DNA from: Promethearchaeota archaeon Loki_b32
GTDB taxonomy: Archaea; Asgardarchaeota; Lokiarchaeia; Sigyniarchaeales; SOKP01
NCBI GenBank assembly: GCA_005223125.1
Contig: NJBH01000008.1
Span: 64,001 to 128,000 of the forward strand
Direction of reading: 5' to 3'
Length of the DNA stretch: 64,000 nucleotides
The position numbers and the translations under genes are program-made. Below, in pieces: positions 10,208-19,990 of the stretch. The notes below the pieces were generated by a model. That model saw only the letters and a program-made list of their open reading frames with translations. It ran no database searches and was not told the origin of the DNA. Each line of letters begins with the position of its first letter. Position 1 is the stretch's first letter.

Positions 10208-11506
10208 ATGGTAAATCGTAAACTTTTAGGATTAGTTATAGCTATTACTGTTGGAGTGGCAGGTTTGAGCATTGGTATATATTATATAATGACTTTAGAT
10301 TCTAAGACTCCTAGTTTATTTCAAACTGAATGGTCTCAAACATGGGGAGGCTCTTCTAGTGAAAATGTCTACGCAATGTATTTGGATTCGATGGATGATG
10401 TTCATCTTATAGGAACCACAGATAATTCAACTAAGAGATGCTTTTTGAAATATAATAGTTCGGGTATATTACAAATGTATAATCTAAGCTCAGGATATAT
10501 AAGTTCCGTAGCACATGAGGGTTTGAATTCTTATATTACGGAAGAAGATGTTGTTTATACAGAATTAGGGCCCATATATTCAACGGATTTATATAAATAT
10601 AATAATTCCGGTGGAATAATATGGAGTATAACAGATTTAAAAGAAGGGAGAGCAATATCTGATGTATTTGGTAATGTTTATCTTTCAGTTCAAAGTAATC
10701 ATAAAGTAATTATGGTAAAATTTAATAGTTCAGGAGATCTGCAATGGAATATTACCTGGAATTTAGTTAATTTTATTCATTCTTCCCAAAAGATAACTGA
10801 TTCAATAGGAAATTTTTATTTGGCTGGAGAAATAGATGTTTTTACAGACCCTTTTAATATATATCTAACTAAATTTAATAGTGCAGGAGATATGCAATGG
10901 ATACGAGCTTGGGGGGGGGGGGAAGACAATGTGGATTATCTTTACCAGATTGGAATAGATTCATTAGATAATATTTATCTTTCAGGAATGACTTTTGGAG
11001 TAAATGAATTATATTTAGTGAAGTACAATAGTGAAGGCACCTGGCAGTGGGAATACATTTGGAGTGCAGCAGATGATAGTGATGAACTAACTGCTATTCA
11101 TTTTGATTCATCCAATAATATATATATTACAGGAAGGAGAGGTGCACCCTCATCATGCGATGTTTCACTTATTAAAGTGAATGATTCAGGTAGCCTTCAA
11201 TGGATTCAATCATGGGGCGGAAGTGAGCATGAGGACCCTAGTATATTAACATTCGATTCTGAAGATAATGTATACGTCGGTGGAAGAACGACAAGTTTTG
11301 GCTCTGGATTGTATGACATTTTCTTGCTTAAATATAATTCAGCTGGAGATTTTGAAGGTGATTATATATGGGGTGGAAATGATATGGAAACTCTTAGAGG
11401 AGTGGTGCTAGATACTTCAGATAATATTTATTTAACAGGCACAACATCAAGTTTTGGAGCAGGACTAACCGATATTTTCTTAATAAAACTTACTGAAGAT
11501 GCTTGA
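10208..11506 (+). CDS. Membrane-anchored beta-propeller (SBBP-like repeat) surface protein, copy 1
   Basis: N-terminal TM segment; repeated 'DS.DNIYL.G.T.SFG.G..DIFL.KY.S.G..W' units; many NxS/T sequons. Confidence 0.85.
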   Translation: MVNRKLLGLVIAITVGVAGLSIGIYYIMTLDSKTPSLFQTEWSQTWGGSSSENVYAMYLDSMDDVHLIGTTDNSTKRCFLKYNSSGILQMYNLSSGYISSVAHEGLNSYITEEDVVYTELGPIYSTDLYKYNNSGGIIWSITDLKEGRAISDVFGNVYLSVQSNHKVIMVKFNSSGDLQWNITWNLVNFIHSSQKITDSIGNFYLAGEIDVFTDPFNIYLTKFNSAGDMQWIRAWGGGEDNVDYLYQIGIDSLDNIYLSGMTFGVNELYLVKYNSEGTWQWEYIWSAADDSDELTAIHFDSSNNIYITGRRGAPSSCDVSLIKVNDSGSLQWIQSWGGSEHEDPSILTFDSEDNVYVGGRTTSFGSGLYDIFLLKYNSAGDFEGDYIWGGNDMETLRGVVLDTSDNIYLTGTTSSFGAGLTDIFLIKLTEDA

Positions 11507-11523
11507 GCCTAAGTAATTTATTT

Positions 11524-11575
11524 TTTTATTTTTTTTATAATTTTTTCTGCTAACACTAACTCTGATAATTCTTTT
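11524..11575 (-). repeat. Displaced copy of the uvrC 3' tip
   Basis: ttttatttttttataattttttctgctaa-cactaactctgataattctttt matches 13272-13332 apart from a ~9-nt deletion. Confidence 0.8.
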
Positions 11576-11881
11576 TCAGTAAGATCTTAAAGATAAAGGT
11601 ACTAAAAATATAAGAATTTAAGTGTAACTTTCATAGCTCTTGGATGTATAATCGTAATATTTGCATTATTATCGAGGATAAAGAGTGAAAACTTATAATT
11701 AATTCTGCTTTTTTTTTAACTTGGAATGTTCTAAAACTTCTCTTTTTAATTTTAAATTTAATTAGAATATATTTAGTAATAGACTCAATAAGGTTAAAAC
11801 CTTACAATGTTTTACAAAGATTTAATAGACTTTGATGTATAATAGTATACATTAAAATAAAAAGTTAGTAGGGCCGAAATT

Positions 11882-13198
11882 ATGGTAAATCGTAAACTTT
11901 TAGGATTAGTTATAGTCATTGCTGTTGGAGTGGCAGGTTTGAGCATTGGCATATATTATATAATGACTCTAGATTCTAAGGGTCCTGAAGATACTGAAGA
12001 ACCCCCTAGTTTATTTCAAACTAAATGGAATCAAACATGGGGAGGATCTTATAGTGAAAATGTCTATAGAATGTATCTAGATTCATTAGATGATATTTAT
12101 CTTATAGGAACCACAGATAGTTCGACTAAGAGATGCTTTTTGAAATATAATAGTTCGGGTATATTACAAAGTTATAATCTAAGCTCAGGAGATATAGATT
12201 CTATTGCACATGAGGGTTTGAATTCTTATATTACGGAAGAAGAAGCTGTTCTTACACCATTTGGACCAAAATATTCAACAGATTTATATAAATATAATAA
12301 TTCCGGTGGAATATTATGGAGTATAACAGATTTAAAAGAAGGGAGAGCAATATCTGATTCGTTCGGTAATGTGTATCTTTCAGTTCCAAGTAATTATAAA
12401 GTAATTATGGTAAAATTTAATAGTTCAGGAGATTTGCAATGGAATATTACCTGGAATTCAGTTGACTTTATTGTTTCTTCCCAAAAGATAACTGATTCAA
12501 TGGGAAATTTTTATTTGGCTGGAGAAATAGACGTTGGTTCCGGTTTTTTTAATATATATCTAACTAAATTTAATAGTTCAGGAGATCTGCAATGGGAACA
12601 AACTTGGGGTGGAAGCAATGTGGATTATCTTTATCAGATTGGAATAGATTAATTAGATAATATCTATCTTTCAGGGATAACTTTTGAAGTAAATAATTTA
12701 TATTTAGTGAAATACAATAGTGAAGGCACCTGGCAGTGGGAATACATTTGGAGTGCAGCAGATTATAATGATGAACTAACTGCAATCGCTTTTGATTCAT
12801 CTAATAATATATATCTAACGGGACTTAGAGGAACCGCCTCGTCATTCAATGTTTCACTTATTAAAGTTAATGATCAAGGTAGCTATCAATGGATTCAATC
12901 ATGGGGCGGAAGTGAGCGTGAGGAACCTAGTATATTAATATTCGATTCTGAAGATAATGTATACGTTGGTGGAACAACGACAAGTTTTGGTGCTGGAGGG
13001 CATGATATTTTCTTGATTAAGTATAATATAATGGGATATTTTCAGGGTGAATATATATGGGGGGGAAATGTTACAGAAATTCTCCGTATGATTGCATTAG
13101 ATTCTTTAGAAAATATATATCTAACTGGCATAACTAATAGCTTTGGAGCAGGAGAGTATGACATTTTCCTAATAAAACTTACTCAAAATGTATCCTAA
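11882..13198 (+). pseudogene. Beta-propeller surface protein, copy 2, interrupted by an in-frame TAA at 12650-12652
   Basis: Paralog of 10208-11506. TCA (Ser) in copy 1 is TAA here. ORFs 11882-12652 and 12707-13198 share one frame. The upstream ~180 bp is also duplicated. Confidence 0.85.
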
Positions 13199-13268
13199 TC
13201 AATAGATTTTGCAATTTAAGTTTCAGAATAATCATTTTGATACTTAGTAAATAAATATCAATAAATTA

Positions 13269-15092
13269 TCATTTTATTTTTTTTATAATTTTTTCTGCTA
13301 AGTTTTTTCCCACTAACTCTGATAATTCTTTTGAGGAAGCTTTTTTTATATTAGCTACACTTCCAAAGTGATTCAATAATTTATTTCTAGTAACAGGCCC
13401 AACTCCTTCGATTTCATCCAATATTGACCCCGTAATTCGCTTTTTTCTTTGTTTTATCTGAAGCTTAACAGCAAAACGGTGTGCTTCATCTCTGACTCTT
13501 TGAAATAATTTTAAAATAGATGAGTTTGATGGTAAAATTAATGTCTCCTTCATATTAGGCATGTATATTTCTTCATATTTTTTAGCTAATCCAATAATGG
13601 GTATATTAAGGCTTAATTCTTCTAATATCGATAAACCCGCATTTAATTGCCCTCTTCCCCCGTCAACTAAGATTAGATCGGGTAATTCTAAGTTTCTATC
13701 TAAAAGCATGCTATATCGTCTTCCAATCACTTCTTTCATCATGGCAACATCATCAGGTGTTGATTTAGAACGAATTTTAAAATGCCTATAATTTTTATTA
13801 TACGGTTTTCCTTCAAGAAAATAGATCATTGATCCAGTTGCGTCTTTTCCCTCTATGTTTGAAATATCAAATCCTTCAATAACTCTCGGTAATTTTGGTA
13901 AATTCAAAACTTCTTTGATTTCTTCAAGCAATTTTTCTCTAAACTCTTTATCATTCATTTGAATTTCTTCCATCTGTACTAGTTGCTCAACCATTACCTT
14001 AGCATTTTTATTAGATATTCTTAGTAAACTTATTTCATTTTCACTACTTGGAGTTTTTATTTGTATTTCTTCATTAATATCTTTTAAAAAAGCGGCAAGT
14101 AGCCTAAATCTATTATTCATTTCTGGAATAATTACAATATCAGGTAATTGTGACTTAAAATTTTGATAATATTGTTCTAAAATTGAATTTAATATCTCAT
14201 TCTTCTGAATCAATTTCTCGCGTAAATCAAAAGTAAATGAGCTTTTATTTATAATCCTGCTTTCTCTGATATGGATGATAACCATAGCCATATATTTTTC
14301 ATTATTAAAAAAACCAACTATATCCTTGTTTTCCTCATGACTCATTAATACATGTTGTCGATCAGTAGCATGATCGATATCTTCTAATTTATCCCTCCAG
14401 AAAGACGCTGATTCAAAATCCTGGTTTTTAGATGCAAGGTACATTTTTTCTGATAATTGATTTTTCAACTCATCAGTTTCTCCTTTTAAAAATAATTCGA
14501 TTTTCTTAATATTTTCACGATATTCTTCTTTAGTAATTGTGGTAATACATGGACCAGGACAAAGTTTTAATTGATAATACAAACATGCTCTCTTTTTTTT
14601 TTTAACAGGCTTTTTACATGAACAATAAGGGAAGATTTTTCTTAGATCTCTAAGTATTCTAATTATTTCTTTTTTATCTGTATAAGGCCCTAAAAATATA
14701 TTATCTTTAGAATACTTTTCTGGATTTCTAAGTACACGGATCCTTGGAAAATCTTCAGAGTAAAAAAATGCCACCCAAGGATACGTCTTAGAATCCCTCA
14801 TGATTACATTAAAGCGAGGGAGATGTTTTTTAATTTGAATATTTTCTAAAATTAGAGCTTCTTTCTCATTTTCAGTTACAATAAATTCAATAGAATGTAT
14901 CAGTTTTACTAGTTCTTTAATTTTCACTTCATAATATGGATCTGTAAAACTTGTTTTTAAGAAATATTGATTGACTCTCTTCTTGAGACTTATAGCTTTT
15001 CCTATGTAAATAATTGAACCTTTTTTATCAGTAAATAAATAAACTCCTGATTCATTTGGTAAACTCTTTCGTTGTAAGTCTAAATCCTTCAT
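13269..15092 (-). CDS. uvrC: Excinuclease ABC subunit C
   Basis: GIY-YIG domain (GVYLF...IYIGKA), UVR domain, EGFDISN, LILVDGG, RDEAHRFA and a C-terminal HhH. Confidence 0.97.
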   Translation of the reverse strand: MKDLDLQRKSLPNESGVYLFTDKKGSIIYIGKAISLKKRVNQYFLKTSFTDPYYEVKIKELVKLIHSIEFIVTENEKEALILENIQIKKHLPRFNVIMRDSKTYPWVAFFYSEDFPRIRVLRNPEKYSKDNIFLGPYTDKKEIIRILRDLRKIFPYCSCKKPVKKKKRACLYYQLKLCPGPCITTITKEEYRENIKKIELFLKGETDELKNQLSEKMYLASKNQDFESASFWRDKLEDIDHATDRQHVLMSHEENKDIVGFFNNEKYMAMVIIHIRESRIINKSSFTFDLREKLIQKNEILNSILEQYYQNFKSQLPDIVIIPEMNNRFRLLAAFLKDINEEIQIKTPSSENEISLLRISNKNAKVMVEQLVQMEEIQMNDKEFREKLLEEIKEVLNLPKLPRVIEGFDISNIEGKDATGSMIYFLEGKPYNKNYRHFKIRSKSTPDDVAMMKEVIGRRYSMLLDRNLELPDLILVDGGRGQLNAGLSILEELSLNIPIIGLAKKYEEIYMPNMKETLILPSNSSILKLFQRVRDEAHRFAVKLQIKQRKKRITGSILDEIEGVGPVTRNKLLNHFGSVANIKKASSKELSELVGKNLAEKIIKKIK

Positions 15093-15253
15093 AAATAAAA
15101 AATGTTAGTGAGAATTATGATATAATAGTTTGATGAATTTTTTATTTCAATTATTATAAGAATAAATCAAATATTAAAAATCAAAGAGAGTAAATGTTAT
15201 TTACGATTAATAAATATTAGAAAATAAATGAATTTCTAATATAAAAAAAATTT

Positions 15254-15451
15254 ATGTTAAATATGGTAAATATTAGAATTTGTCCAAAATGCAAAAAACC
15301 TACGCTAAGAACTGCCACGAATGTTAGTGGTGGGATAGCTCCAAATTTATACGAGTGTAGAGATGAAAAATGTGGTTATATTGGTGGTTTTTATGTTGAA
15401 GTTGATTCTGAAGATTATCAATTAGATCAAGATGAAAACTCTCTAGAATAA
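15254..15451 (+). CDS. Small zinc-ribbon protein
   Basis: CPKC...YECRDEKCGY; acidic tail. Confidence 0.65.
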   Translation: MLNMVNIRICPKCKKPTLRTATNVSGGIAPNLYECRDEKCGYIGGFYVEVDSEDYQLDQDENSLE

Positions 15452-15530
15452 TTAATTTTAGTATAATATTATATTTTAACAATAAATAATTCGATTATCT
15501 CTAAGAAATAATAGTAAATATGAATTTATA

Positions 15531-16463
15531 ATGAAAAAATTGTTAGAAGATGCCCAAAAGATTAAATCCTTAGAGATTCAAGGCGCCAGTAATGTTGCCA
15601 TGAGTGCTATTGAATTTCTAAGTAATTATGCTAAGAGATTAAATTGTGAGAATATCGAGAGATGTTTTGAGAATCTTTACAAAGCAAAAGATATTCTAAT
15701 TGATACAAGACCGACAGAACCAGCTATGAAAAATGGCTTGAAATTTATTATAAATAAATTAGAACAAGAAAAAGAAAGCATTATCCCAAACTATATTTCT
15801 GATATTATTGAAAAGTATAAGAATCTTTATAATGAATTGCTCCAAAATTCGAAGAAAAGAATTGCAGAAATAGGAGCTCGACGTTTTCCTTCTTCTGGTC
15901 AAAAATTTAATGTTATGACTCACTGTCACTCAAGTTTAGTTACTGGGATTCTTTTAGAAGCTAAGAGACAAGGTAAAGACTTTAAAGTGATTAATACTGA
16001 AACACAACCTCGATTACAAGGTAGGAAAACTGCAAAAAAATTATTAAATGCAAATATTGAAGTTATTCATGTGGTCGATAGTGCCATGAGATGGGCTGTA
16101 AGACATTATCAGGTTAACATGATTATAATAGGTGCTGATAGTATAACTTCTGAGGGAACAATTATCAATAAAATAGGATCACGACTACTCGCTTTAGTAG
16201 CCCATGAAGAGCATGTCCCATTTTATGTTGCATCTCCCTTATTAAAGTATAATCCGGAAACCAATCTTGGTTTATTAGAAACCATTGAAATGAGAGATCC
16301 TCGAGAAATATGGAATGATCCACCAGAAGGAATTGAAATTTTAAATCCGGCATTTGAAACTGTAAGTAGAAGGTATATAGATGGTTTAATCACAGAAGCA
16401 GGTATATTTGCTTCGAGTCATGTTCCAAACTATTTTGCTAAAACTTATCCAGAAATGGTTTAA
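15531..16463 (+). CDS. Ribose-1,5-bisphosphate isomerase (eIF2B-like family)
   Basis: IQGA, TRPTEP, MTHCHS, ETQP, GADSI, NKIGS and NPAFE; adjacent to Rubisco. Confidence 0.85.
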   Translation: MKKLLEDAQKIKSLEIQGASNVAMSAIEFLSNYAKRLNCENIERCFENLYKAKDILIDTRPTEPAMKNGLKFIINKLEQEKESIIPNYISDIIEKYKNLYNELLQNSKKRIAEIGARRFPSSGQKFNVMTHCHSSLVTGILLEAKRQGKDFKVINTETQPRLQGRKTAKKLLNANIEVIHVVDSAMRWAVRHYQVNMIIIGADSITSEGTIINKIGSRLLALVAHEEHVPFYVASPLLKYNPETNLGLLETIEMRDPREIWNDPPEGIEILNPAFETVSRRYIDGLITEAGIFASSHVPNYFAKTYPEMV

Positions 16464-16475
16464 CTGAAATAAAAA

Positions 16476-17756
16476 TTATTGTATCTTCCATTTTCCAATA
16501 GCTTTCGCTAATTCGGGATTTTTTTTTGCATGTTCATCTAAGGATGACCCCATTAGAATAGCATCAATTGCTTGTCTAATAGCTTTCGCACCCGCTTCTG
16601 TTCCATCAGGATGTCCATGACAACCTCCACCAAACTGATAAACCATATCTTTTCCTAAAATTTGAATTAAATCAGGAATGTGAAGTGGGCTTAAACCTCC
16701 AGAAGCTACGGGTAACGTAGGTTTAATATCCCCCCAATCTTGATCAAGCATAGAGTCATTATTATCAGAAATCTTCTTTGCAGTCAGAACCTCATTGCAT
16801 TCTAATACTTCTCTTTTTCCACCCTCCATTTTCCCCACAACTGTTCCAGTATGAAGTTGATCCATGCCAATTAATCTCATTATTTTAGATAGGGCTAACA
16901 TCGTCATTCCATGCTTTTTATTTCGAGTTAATGCTGCATGCATTGCTCTATGAGCGTGAATAACTATGTTTTTATCATCTAAATAATCTCTAATTTCCTG
17001 TAAAGCCGAAAATCCGACTGTAAGAATATCTACCATTACATATTCTCCTCCATTTTCAATGACAAAATCTGCACGGTTTTTCATAATACTAAGAGGTGCT
17101 GTTATGTTGGGCATGTAAAACTTCCTTTCTCCCGTTTCATTTTCCATTTTATCCCGAGTTTTTAAAGTTTCCATGACTCTTTTCTCGAACTTGTTAAAAG
17201 TCATACTCGTTAAATTTTCATCATCCTTAACAATATCTAATCCACCAATCCATGCATCTCCACATATTTTTGCATGTTCAACTTCATTCAATCCTACTTT
17301 AGGTTTCACAATTGTACCAAGAAGTGGTCTATCCTTCACTTTAGTTAATTTTCTAATTCCTTCAATTCCATATTTAGGTCCCTTATATGTATTAACAATA
17401 TCTTTAGGAAAACAAATATCTAATAATCTTAACGATTTTAATACCTTCATTCCATAAATATTTCCCGCAATAGCGCTTAGAATCTGTGGTAAATTATTTG
17501 CTTCAAAAAGCTCTTTTGTGTAAGCAATCTTAATTATTTTTTTTTCTGGATTAATATAAAAAGTTGAAGGCTTAAGTCTTTTAGCTATATCAGCAGAAAG
17601 TGTTGCTATTTCTGTCCAAGTGCCAATTGAACTTTCTTTTGCTATTTCTTCTGAAGCATGTTGTATATTTTTACATTCTGGCGAAATTTCTACATAATAC
17701 ATTGCGATTAAATCATTTTCGTTTGGCTGGTAGGCCAAATTTACGTAATCCACCAA
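16476..17756 (-). CDS. rbcL: Form III ribulose-1,5-bisphosphate carboxylase
   Basis: ESSIGTW, KPKVGL, KDDE, HRAMH, loop 6 GKMEG, ASGG and QFGGG all intact. Confidence 0.95.
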   Translation of the reverse strand: MVDYVNLAYQPNENDLIAMYYVEISPECKNIQHASEEIAKESSIGTWTEIATLSADIAKRLKPSTFYINPEKKIIKIAYTKELFEANNLPQILSAIAGNIYGMKVLKSLRLLDICFPKDIVNTYKGPKYGIEGIRKLTKVKDRPLLGTIVKPKVGLNEVEHAKICGDAWIGGLDIVKDDENLTSMTFNKFEKRVMETLKTRDKMENETGERKFYMPNITAPLSIMKNRADFVIENGGEYVMVDILTVGFSALQEIRDYLDDKNIVIHAHRAMHAALTRNKKHGMTMLALSKIMRLIGMDQLHTGTVVGKMEGGKREVLECNEVLTAKKISDNNDSMLDQDWGDIKPTLPVASGGLSPLHIPDLIQILGKDMVYQFGGGCHGHPDGTEAGAKAIRQAIDAILMGSSLDEHAKKNPELAKAIGKWKIQ

Positions 17757-17899
17757 ATTAAATCACTAATTATCCTACTAATTTAAAATTTATAAAACTA
17801 TACTGAAATTTCCTAAGAAGAAATTCAAATATTGAATTATTATATTAAAATCATAAAAAATTAATAATATTTTTAATTACTTTATAGTGTGATGAAACT

Positions 17900-18205
17900 A
17901 TGAGTGAAGTAAAATCTTTCACAATCAACGTAAAGGATTTAAGTTTTAAAAGTGAACAACATGTTCTCGATTTAATTAGATTCTTATCTGAAGCGTTACC
18001 TCAGATAACCCTTGACAGAAACGGAAATGATATTAATGTAGAAATGCCAAACAAATTATCTAAAAGAACATTGAAGCTCAGAATCAAAAAATTTTTACAT
18101 AAAAAAGGATTATATAATGACTACAGACCAATATCTTATAAAACCGCTGAAACTGAAGGATATATTGTGAAGGAAAAGAAATTAGTTGAGCTAAGCTATT
18201 ATTAA
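17900..18205 (+). CDS. rpl22e: Ribosomal protein eL22 (L22e)-like
   Basis: 'F.I...' start and 'SKRTLKLRIKKFLHKKGL..YR' match the L22e core motif. Confidence 0.75.
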   Translation: MSEVKSFTINVKDLSFKSEQHVLDLIRFLSEALPQITLDRNGNDINVEMPNKLSKRTLKLRIKKFLHKKGLYNDYRPISYKTAETEGYIVKEKKLVELSYY

Positions 18206-18256
18206 TTCTTATCCTTTTTCGAATATAATTATATAATTTAAAAAATATATTTAGAC

Positions 18257-19231
18257 GTGCCTTTAGAAGAAATTAGCTTTAATATTTCTATTAATTCTAT
18301 AGATGAATTAACATGTTGTCTAAGTCTAGCTAGTTTATTAGAAATATCTGGTTGGCCTAAACCGGGAAATGTTCACCGCACTGAGGATTTTGAAAATACA
18401 AGATTTGAACATTTTTTAGCAGGAATAGCAGCAATTCAGCCAATTTTTAGGGAATTTTGTCAGAGAATTTTTCAATTCTCATTCAGAAATAAGAAGGAAT
18501 ATAGTCAAATAGAATTAGGTTACTTTTACAAGAAAGCTACTAAAAGTATGATGAAGTGGCAAAAGGGAGGAAACGTTTTATTAGGGCATATATTAATTTT
18601 AGCACCACTGGCAGCTGCGTCAATAATTTGTTTAAAAACGGGTAAAATTAGGATTACTGACTTAAAATATTACCTCAATAAAGTTATTGAGAACTCTTCC
18701 ATAAGCGATACTGTAAATTTATATGAAGCTATTCGGTTATCTAATCCTGGAGGCTTAGGAAAAATTGAAAAATATGATATTAATGATGAAAATTCACTCA
18801 ACGAAATAATCAAAGATAACATAAATTTAAAAAAAATATTTGAACTTTCAAAAGAATATGATTTGATAAGCTTAGAATATTCAACAGGTTTCAATATTAT
18901 TATTAATGAAGGTTTGCCATATTTTTTTACAACATTCAGTCAATGCAATGATATCAATACTGCTACTGTCAATACTTATCTAAAACTATTGTCTGAATAT
19001 CCAGACACATTAGTTATAAGAAAATCTGGATTAGACGCGGCTACCCATATCTCAAAAATGGCATCAAATATCTTAGAAAATGGAGGTATTTCGTCCTATA
19101 AAGGGTTAAAATTGGCTTTAGATTTAGATACAGAACTCCAAGAGAAAAAGGGAAAATTAAATCCAGGTACTATAGCAGATCTCATTTCTGGTGTAATATT
19201 TTGCGCATTACTTTTTGGTTTAAGATTTTGA
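18257..19231 (+). CDS. Triphosphoribosyl-dephospho-CoA synthase (CitG family)
   Basis: LLE...PKPGNVHR, GGNVLLG, PDTLVIRK and LNPGTIADL. Confidence 0.88.
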   Translation: MPLEEISFNISINSIDELTCCLSLASLLEISGWPKPGNVHRTEDFENTRFEHFLAGIAAIQPIFREFCQRIFQFSFRNKKEYSQIELGYFYKKATKSMMKWQKGGNVLLGHILILAPLAAASIICLKTGKIRITDLKYYLNKVIENSSISDTVNLYEAIRLSNPGGLGKIEKYDINDENSLNEIIKDNINLKKIFELSKEYDLISLEYSTGFNIIINEGLPYFFTTFSQCNDINTATVNTYLKLLSEYPDTLVIRKSGLDAATHISKMASNILENGGISSYKGLKLALDLDTELQEKKGKLNPGTIADLISGVIFCALLFGLRF

Positions 19232-19313
19232 ATTCAAAAAAGTTATTTGGTAAATTTAATTTGTTATTCTTAAGAGGAGTTAATTTATAATTTCAGATTG
19301 GGTTTAATAGATT

Positions 19314-19664
19314 ATGGAATTCTGCGATGAATGTGGGGGAATGATGTTACCCTCAAATTTAGATGGACAAAAGGTATTTAAATGCAAGTGTGGAGCAACT
19401 AAACCATTTTCAGAAGAAAAATCTGTGGCGTATAAGGTGACTACTAAAATTGAACATCCCATTAGAAATGAAGTTACAAACCTAACTGAAGTTATAAACT
19501 GGAAAGAAAAGAATTTGAGAAGCACAATTAAAGATTTTAAATGTCCTCGATGTGGCTATACGAAAGCGCACCTAGAAACAAGGCAAACACGTAGTGCTGA
19601 TGAGGGAATGACTCATTTTATAATTTGTTTAAAATGCGGTAAAATGAAGAAAATTGGCAGCTAG
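19314..19664 (+). CDS. tfs: Transcription factor S / RpoM family
   Basis: FCDECG zinc ribbon; C-terminal CPRCG...QTRSADEG...CLKC. Confidence 0.9.
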   Translation: MEFCDECGGMMLPSNLDGQKVFKCKCGATKPFSEEKSVAYKVTTKIEHPIRNEVTNLTEVINWKEKNLRSTIKDFKCPRCGYTKAHLETRQTRSADEGMTHFIICLKCGKMKKIGS

Positions 19665-19665
19665 C

Positions 19666-19962
19666 TTATAAAAATAGTTTATCAATTATTTCTTCTTCTT
19701 CAATATTCCTTAGAAAGGCGATTTTAATTAGCTTATCTTTACTTTTTAAACCAGAGATTATATGAATTTGATTTGATGAAATACTTAACTTTTTTCCTAT
19801 AAGGGCTATTAATTCTTTATTTGCTTTATTTTGGACAGGTTTAGATTTTAGATATATTGTTAAAACATCCCCATTGTTAATTATTTTCTGACTTCTAGAA
19901 TTTGCCTTAACATTCAGTCTTAATACAAAATTAGTATTTGAGCGCTGTTCCAAAAATTTCAT
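19666..19962 (-). CDS. DUF167 (YggU/UPF0235) protein
   Basis: VKANS...PVQNKANKEL...GLKSKDK. Confidence 0.85.
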   Translation of the reverse strand: MKFLEQRSNTNFVLRLNVKANSRSQKIINNGDVLTIYLKSKPVQNKANKELIALIGKKLSISSNQIHIISGLKSKDKLIKIAFLRNIEEEEIIDKLFL

Positions 19963-19990
19963 TGTTTAAAATTATGTTATTCATTTTAAA

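Noticed and set aside
12650-12652. Stop-codon readthrough (Sec/Pyl) in the second beta-propeller gene
   Set aside because: The codon is TAA at a Ser position, so a nonsense mutation or sequencing error is the simpler explanation.
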